A model generated the notes under the pieces. It saw only the letters and a list, made by a program, of their open reading frames with translations. It ran no database searches and was not told the origin of the DNA. From Gemmatimonadota bacterium (GTDB lineage: Bacteria; Gemmatimonadota; Gemmatimonadetes; Gemmatimonadales; GWC2-71-9): a stretch of DNA of 12,997 nt. Location of the stretch: assembly GCA_039586365.1 (NCBI GenBank), contig JBDHKN010000111.1, positions 1 to 12,997 on the forward strand, in the 5' to 3' direction. This document shows positions 8,365 through 12,997 of this stretch, piece after piece (the first letter of the stretch is position 1; every line of letters begins with the position of its first letter). The translations under genes were made by a program, and so were the position numbers.

Positions 8365-9516
8365 CTACCGGATTTCCAGGGTTCCACCCACACTGTTCCA
8401 GGAGTCGTTGCTCCCGATGCCTGTGAACACAAGCACGAAATCCCGGCCATCGGCGCTCAACCATTTGTTCGCGAAGTTCCAGAAGAACGTACTGGATTCG
8501 ATCGTCGGAGCGCCAAAGCCGCTTTCGTAGAGCACTGTCGTCCACGGTCCCCAGGGCTCCGGAGCATCAAAGATCCCAATGTTGCCCCTGCTGGTGAACG
8601 AGTGCTCGGTTATGATCAAGTAGCGTCCGAGACCCGGATTGTAATTGGCGCTCGTGTTCCAGCCAACACCACCAGCGGCATCCTCGAACACGGGCTGCCG
8701 CTGGGTGAGGTCAGTGACCCAGATGGGGACACCCGAGCCTTCCAGGCCAGCAAAGAACTCATATTGGGTGCGATCCATAATGGCATTCTTGGGCACCCGC
8801 ATCAAAGCAATCTCACCAGGTTTCTGAACTTTGAGGTCTGACGCGTCGGTCAATTCGTTGGCATACATGTAGACATACGAGTCACGGGCACCCGCGTAAT
8901 CCTGGCCAAATTGCAGGAATGTCGGGTTGATCAGTCCGTCAGATTGGAGGAAATCCCAACCGGCGGCGGTCCACGAAGCTCCGTGATTCGTGGAGCTGTA
9001 CACGGTGACTCGGCCATATCCCGTGGGGCCCGAGCCGGGGCTGCGCCACATGTATAGTGTACCGTCTACAGAGATGATACCGTAGGATTTCCCGTCGAAC
9101 GTGGCTGGGTTCTCTGCGTCCTTGCCCCCCCAAACATTGAAGCCAGTATGGGACGCTGCGCTCCCTTCCACTCTGGCAACACCCAAGCTGACACGACCGT
9201 CAGAATTGGTACCGCCGAATCCCCCCCCGTCTCCCCAGGACGTATATTGATGGCTGTCATCAGCCCAGGTGATGGGCCAGTTGTCACTACCGGCAGCACG
9301 CCTATCGTGTGTCGACCAATCGAAAGTTATGTCCCCAATTTCAGAGCTCGGCGGATACGGCGCCGGGGACACCGTTCCAGGTGCCGCTCTCTCGATTCCA
9401 TCGCAGGTCCCCGCAGTAGTCGCGACCGCGATGGCCATGGCGAGAAACGGTAGGAGCTGCTGTCTTCCCAGCGAGCCCTTTGCCAAGAGGACCGCTGTCG
9501 AAAGGTCAGTCACCAT
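8365..9516 (-). CDS. Secreted (possibly lipoprotein) DUF4185-like beta-propeller protein, putative glycoside hydrolase; start uncertain (9516, 9660 or 9747)
   Basis: Motifs PYPPS, GSDNWPITWADD-x3-YTSWGDGGGF, GKSYGIISVDGTLYMW, Asp-box-like SSTNHGASW, PTFLQFGQDY, YNPGLGRYL and DAPEPWGPW. A signal-like segment LLPFLAMAIAVATTAGTC precedes the mature domain. The frame is open to 9747. Confidence 0.75.
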   Translation of the reverse strand: MVTDLSTAVLLAKGSLGRQQLLPFLAMAIAVATTAGTCDGIERAAPGTVSPAPYPPSSEIGDITFDWSTHDRRAAGSDNWPITWADDSHQYTSWGDGGGFGGTNSDGRVSLGVARVEGSAASHTGFNVWGGKDAENPATFDGKSYGIISVDGTLYMWRSPGSGPTGYGRVTVYSSTNHGASWTAAGWDFLQSDGLINPTFLQFGQDYAGARDSYVYMYANELTDASDLKVQKPGEIALMRVPKNAIMDRTQYEFFAGLEGSGVPIWVTDLTQRQPVFEDAAGGVGWNTSANYNPGLGRYLIITEHSFTSRGNIGIFDAPEPWGPWTTVLYESGFGAPTIESSTFFWNFANKWLSADGRDFVLVFTGIGSNDSWNSVGGTLEIR

Positions 9517-9751
9517 GCTGAGCCTGTCCGAATTGCCCCAAGACCCTATCATCCGAATCCGATCCTTGGCTGCATGCAGCTGCGCAGTCACTCCCTGACT
9601 CGAGATCACGGTAGCCAGCATCACCGCCAGGCCAGCCACGGGCAGCACGTAGCTGGGCATCCCGCCGGATGACGCCAGTCTTCTGGCAGCATGGCCATTG
9701 CCCACACACGCCGCGCCGCGTCGGTTCCAGCGGCCATCCGCTGTCATACGG

Positions 9752-9768
9752 TGGCACGTCGCTTGCCA
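9752..9768 (+). promoter_or_regulatory. Putative sigma54 (-24/-12) promoter, palindromic
   Basis: The plus strand TGGCAC-GTCGC-TTGC exactly matches TGGCAC-N5-TTGC and faces wzx. The site is TGGCA-N7-TGCCA, so the minus strand also gives GG-N10-GC (TGGCAA-GCGAC-GTGC). Confidence 0.6.
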
Positions 9769-10118
9769 TTAAGTCAAGCTCGAGTCAACCTGGAAGACGA
9801 TCCACCCGGGAGGTCCGTCGTCGGGCTCGTGTTGTCTCAGGCCACCTGCGATCACAAGCGTAGTCAACTACCGGCAGGCCTGTTGAGCGCGGGACAGCAC
9901 AGAGCTGATCACTGTATTCTCATAGACTATCTTTATCGCTCGCAGCAACAGCCAAGTCTAGGAGCTGTGTCCTTCACTCCGCAGTGGAGTGCACTCAGGA
10001 ACGGCTGGATCGTTACTCATCAGGCACGGCCTGCTCCACACGTGAGATAGGAACCGTTCATTGAATAGGCATTTGTATTCTGAAACGACTTTAGATCACC
10101 TCGACGGGACATCATACC

Positions 10119-11615
10119 GTGTTTGACGTGGTGAAATCGGTCGCCCGACATTTCTTCGTTTATGGTGCAGGGCGCATATTCAACCGCGTCGTCGGCTTTC
10201 TTCTCATCCCCTTCTACACACACTATCTGCTGCCCAGCGATTATGGCACGCTGGAGATGATCGAAGTAACAGTCTATCTCGTGGGGACATTCCTAGGGGC
10301 TGGACTGACGCACGCGGTAATGCGCTTCTATTACGAATCCGACGAACCAGGCTATATACGAACGGTCGTGAGCACTGCCCTGGTATCTGTGCTGTCTGTC
10401 TGCCTCGTTCTGGGTGGGTCCCTCGCTCTCATCTCCCCATACCTGTCGGCCTTCGTGTTCCAGAGCCAGGAGTACGGCGGCCTGTTACGACTAGCGGTCA
10501 TCTCCCTTACGCTCACCGTGGTGAGTGAAACTTCCTTTGTCTACATCCGTGCCCAGCAGAAGTCGCTCCTCTATACCGGTATCTCCCTCGGCAGACTCGT
10601 GCTCAATCTCAGCCTGAACATACTGTTCATAGCCAAGTTTGGCTGGGGTGTACGTGGTGTCATCCTCGGGGGCCTTATTAGCGAAGCCTGCATGGGGCTG
10701 GTACTCACCAGCTATACGCTGAAACGCGTTGGGATAGCCTTCTCTCGAGCAAGACTCAAGGAAATGCTCTTGTATGGCATCCCCTACATTCCAGGCGGCT
10801 TCATGATCAGCATCCTCCTGGTCTCCGACCGATTCGCACTGCAGCGTTTCACGACGTTGACCCAAGTAGGTTTATATGCGCTGGGCTACAAGTTCGGCAT
10901 GGTGATGGATGCCATGGTGACGGAGCCGTTTTTCGCGATCTGGAGCCCCAAGATGTTCGAGATCGCGAAACGAGACAATGCCACTGCGATATACGGCCGT
11001 ATGCTCACCTACTTCCTGTTCTTGGAGCTGTTTCTAGGTCTCGGCATTGCGGCTGGCGTCAGGGATGTCCTGACGATCATGGCTGATCCAAAGTACCACA
11101 GTGCATATCAGATAGTGCCCATCATAGTACTAGCCTACATCATGGGGGGAACTTACCATCACGCTCAGATCGGCATCTTACTGGCGAAGAAAACGAAGTT
11201 CATCCTCTACATGCAGATCGTGGGAGCGATACTGGCGGTCGGCTTAAATGTCGCCCTGGTACCATTTCTGGGAGCTTGGGGCGCTGCCATCGCAACTCTG
11301 TCCGCATGGACCCTTCTGACCGTCTTGGCATACAAGATCTCACGACGCTATCTCAAGGTACAGGTCGAGTTCGCTCGGATCGGGAAGATGTTGGCTGTCG
11401 TGTTGGCACTCTATGCACTCAGTGTGTACGCGGGCGTCAGCACGAACACGTACCTCAATCTCGCCCTACGGTTGACAGTAGCAGCGATGTTCCCCCTAGT
11501 GCTGATGGTGGTCCGATTCTATGAGCCCGTGGAAGTCAGCAAGATTCGTGAGATCCTAGCGTCAGCATGGTCATTGATGCGGAGACGTGCCGGGTTGCGG
11601 GAGGCCTCACCCTGA
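10119..11615 (+). CDS. wzx: Wzx-type oligosaccharide flippase (polysaccharide biosynthesis protein, MOP superfamily)
   Basis: 498 aa with roughly 12-14 hydrophobic segments. Motifs GFLLIPFYTHYLLPSDYG, AVMRFYY, LKEMLLYGIP, SDRFAL, VGLYALGYKFG and LNVALVPFLGAWGAAIAT. GTG start. Confidence 0.9.
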   Translation: MFDVVKSVARHFFVYGAGRIFNRVVGFLLIPFYTHYLLPSDYGTLEMIEVTVYLVGTFLGAGLTHAVMRFYYESDEPGYIRTVVSTALVSVLSVCLVLGGSLALISPYLSAFVFQSQEYGGLLRLAVISLTLTVVSETSFVYIRAQQKSLLYTGISLGRLVLNLSLNILFIAKFGWGVRGVILGGLISEACMGLVLTSYTLKRVGIAFSRARLKEMLLYGIPYIPGGFMISILLVSDRFALQRFTTLTQVGLYALGYKFGMVMDAMVTEPFFAIWSPKMFEIAKRDNATAIYGRMLTYFLFLELFLGLGIAAGVRDVLTIMADPKYHSAYQIVPIIVLAYIMGGTYHHAQIGILLAKKTKFILYMQIVGAILAVGLNVALVPFLGAWGAAIATLSAWTLLTVLAYKISRRYLKVQVEFARIGKMLAVVLALYALSVYAGVSTNTYLNLALRLTVAAMFPLVLMVVRFYEPVEVSKIREILASAWSLMRRRAGLREASP

Positions 11616-11650
11616 GCTCTGAGAATGTCTAGCCAGGGCTGATACGGCGC

Positions 11651-12787
11651 ATGACCGATATGATATCCACTCGTGTGTTCCGAACATTGGACGGCTTGCA
11701 GGAACTCGCAGGTTCCTGGAACGAGCTGCTAGAGCGGAGCTTGAACGACAATCTGTTCCTCACCTGGGAGTGGATATCGACATGGGCTTCGGTCTACCTC
11801 ACAGGCGATGAACTGTTTGTCATTGCGATATTCGATGAGGGACAGCCTGTAGCTATAGCTCCTTTTTGGTTAGAACGCATACGCACGGCGCGTGTGTTTC
11901 CGCTCCGCGTGTTGCGGCTGATAGGATCTAAGGGCGTGTGCTCCGATTATCTGGACATAATCGTTCAGAAGAAGAACTACTCCAAATGGCTCGACCAGAT
12001 GTGGCATCAGTTGTTCGGAGAACTCCGGTCCTGTTGGGACTTGCTCGAGTACGCAGACGCCCTCTCGAACTCCAAGGCTTGGACACACTTTCACAGACTC
12101 GCCGACGAAGACAATCGCTGCCTACGGCGAGATATCGTCCGCGCAGAAGTCTGCCCCTACATGTCGCTACCGGACCGGTTTGAAGACCTGGTGAGCACCT
12201 TGAGTCGCACGCGACGCTACACAATCAACCACTCGCGCAAACGCCTCAGCGAACTCGGTGAGCTGCAAGTCCGGATCTGCCGACGCTCGGATGAAGTCTC
12301 TGAAGCGTTGAGCCGGCTGAGAGAGCTCAACACAAGAAGCTGGCGGGAACGCGGTCAGCGTGGCTCGTTCTCTACCAGCGAATTCATCCGCTTCCACCGT
12401 GAGGTGGCAGAACTCTCTCTGCAACATGAACGCTTGCTCCTGTGTTCGCTCTGGGCGGGTGACCATTATCTCGGTGGATTCTACGGCTTCGTATATCAGG
12501 CTGTTCTCTACTTCTACATCATGTCGGTCGAGAAGAGCGACGAAAAGCGCGTCAACACAGGCGATGTCTTGTTAGCACAGTGTATGGAGGAAGGTATCCG
12601 ACGCGGCTGCCGGGAGTTCGATTTCCTACGTGGCGATGAACCCTACAAGTACCGCTGGACGGAGAGCGATCGTCGTCTAATATCCAGTTGCATCTACAAT
12701 CGCAAGCTCCCAGCCCTCATGTCGTTACTATTCCAAAGTGCCTCACAGAGCATCAAGGCAATCGGCAAGACACTCTTGAGAAGGTAA
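11651..12787 (+). CDS. GNAT family acyltransferase (Acetyltransf_6 / CelD-BcsL / FemAB-like)
   Basis: Motifs WNELL...LFLTWEWISTW, AIAPF, GSKGVCSDYLDI, CPYMSLP, FIRFH and FDFLRGDEPYKYRW. This family is commonly found in polysaccharide loci. Confidence 0.88.
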   Translation: MTDMISTRVFRTLDGLQELAGSWNELLERSLNDNLFLTWEWISTWASVYLTGDELFVIAIFDEGQPVAIAPFWLERIRTARVFPLRVLRLIGSKGVCSDYLDIIVQKKNYSKWLDQMWHQLFGELRSCWDLLEYADALSNSKAWTHFHRLADEDNRCLRRDIVRAEVCPYMSLPDRFEDLVSTLSRTRRYTINHSRKRLSELGELQVRICRRSDEVSEALSRLRELNTRSWRERGQRGSFSTSEFIRFHREVAELSLQHERLLLCSLWAGDHYLGGFYGFVYQAVLYFYIMSVEKSDEKRVNTGDVLLAQCMEEGIRRGCREFDFLRGDEPYKYRWTESDRRLISSCIYNRKLPALMSLLFQSASQSIKAIGKTLLRR

Positions 12788-12884
12788 CCGCTGCATCTGG
12801 TTCAAGCCTCCATGAGGTCTGTGAAACTGGGATCGAAGGCAAGTCGCGCCCTCGCATACTGGCGAAGCAGGCCGATCAAGGTCC

Positions 12885-12995
12885 TTACTTCCTGACCCCG
12901 GAGATGTAGATATGGTCCAGGTAGGCATAGTCATCTTGGGTCTTGGTCAGACCTTCGTGCCAACCTCCCCACACAGGCTGAAAGTGAACCTGCCA
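12885..12995 (-). CDS. C-terminal 36 aa of a protein entering from the right edge (beta-sandwich / polysaccharide-lyase-like C-terminus)
   Basis: The minus frame reads WQVHFQPVWGGWHEGLTKTQDDYAYLDHIYISGVRK-TAA (stop at 12885-12887) and is open to the window edge. The F-x-P-x-WGG ... Y-x-D-x-I-x-IS pattern resembles the last strands of jelly-roll carbohydrate-active domains. Confidence 0.55.
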   Translation of the reverse strand, partial: WQVHFQPVWGGWHEGLTKTQDDYAYLDHIYISGVRK

Positions 12996-12997
12996 AA

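Noticed and set aside
8291..9598. Plus-strand ORFs such as 8308..8841, 9148..9453 and 9269..9598
   Set aside because: They are antisense shadows of the DUF4185-like gene, as expected in GC-rich DNA, and show no protein-family features.
9669..9692. Imperfect dyad ATGACGCCAG-TCTT-CTGGCAGCAT as an activator site for the + strand promoter
   Set aside because: The position is plausible, but it has 2 mismatches in 10, is GC-rich and differs from the other motif. It is too weak to call.
10022..10035. AGGCACGGCCTGCT as a sigma54 promoter for wzx
   Set aside because: The spacing is GG-N8-GC.
9669..10050. ORFs 9669..9863(+) and 9691..10050(+) as small genes
   Set aside because: They have no SD sequence or motifs, and both start upstream of and run through the sigma54 element.
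1..12997. tRNA/rRNA genes, CRISPR arrays, IS elements, integrases or defence genes
   Set aside because: No cloverleaf, regularly spaced repeats, transposase/integrase motifs or terminal inverted repeats were seen by eye.

Overview
This is a bacterial surface-glycan/exopolysaccharide (EPS) locus of moderately high GC with frequent strand switches. The + strand carries the 3' part of a class I SAM methyltransferase, an AsnB-family amidotransferase, an LPG_synthase_TM/UPF0104 flippase-like membrane protein, a GlpD/GlpO-like FAD oxidoreductase, a Wzx-type flippase and a CelD/BcsL-type GNAT. The - strand carries a GT4 glycosyltransferase, a membrane-anchored beta-lactamase-family serine hydrolase, a secreted DUF4185-like beta-propeller protein and the 3' end of a further gene at the right edge. 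Three features stand out. (1) The serine hydrolase has Ala in place of the SxxK nucleophile and YSG in place of YxN, so it is probably a pseudo-enzyme. (2) The GlpD-like enzyme has remodelled substrate-binding motifs and sits among glycan genes, with no glycerol-utilisation genes in the window. (3) Both divergent intergenic regions contain sigma54 -24/-12 elements: one has a TGT-N12-ACA enhancer-like palindrome upstream, and the other is itself palindromic and readable in both directions. I found no RNA genes, CRISPR arrays or mobile elements. All family calls come from motif recognition by eye, not from database searches.
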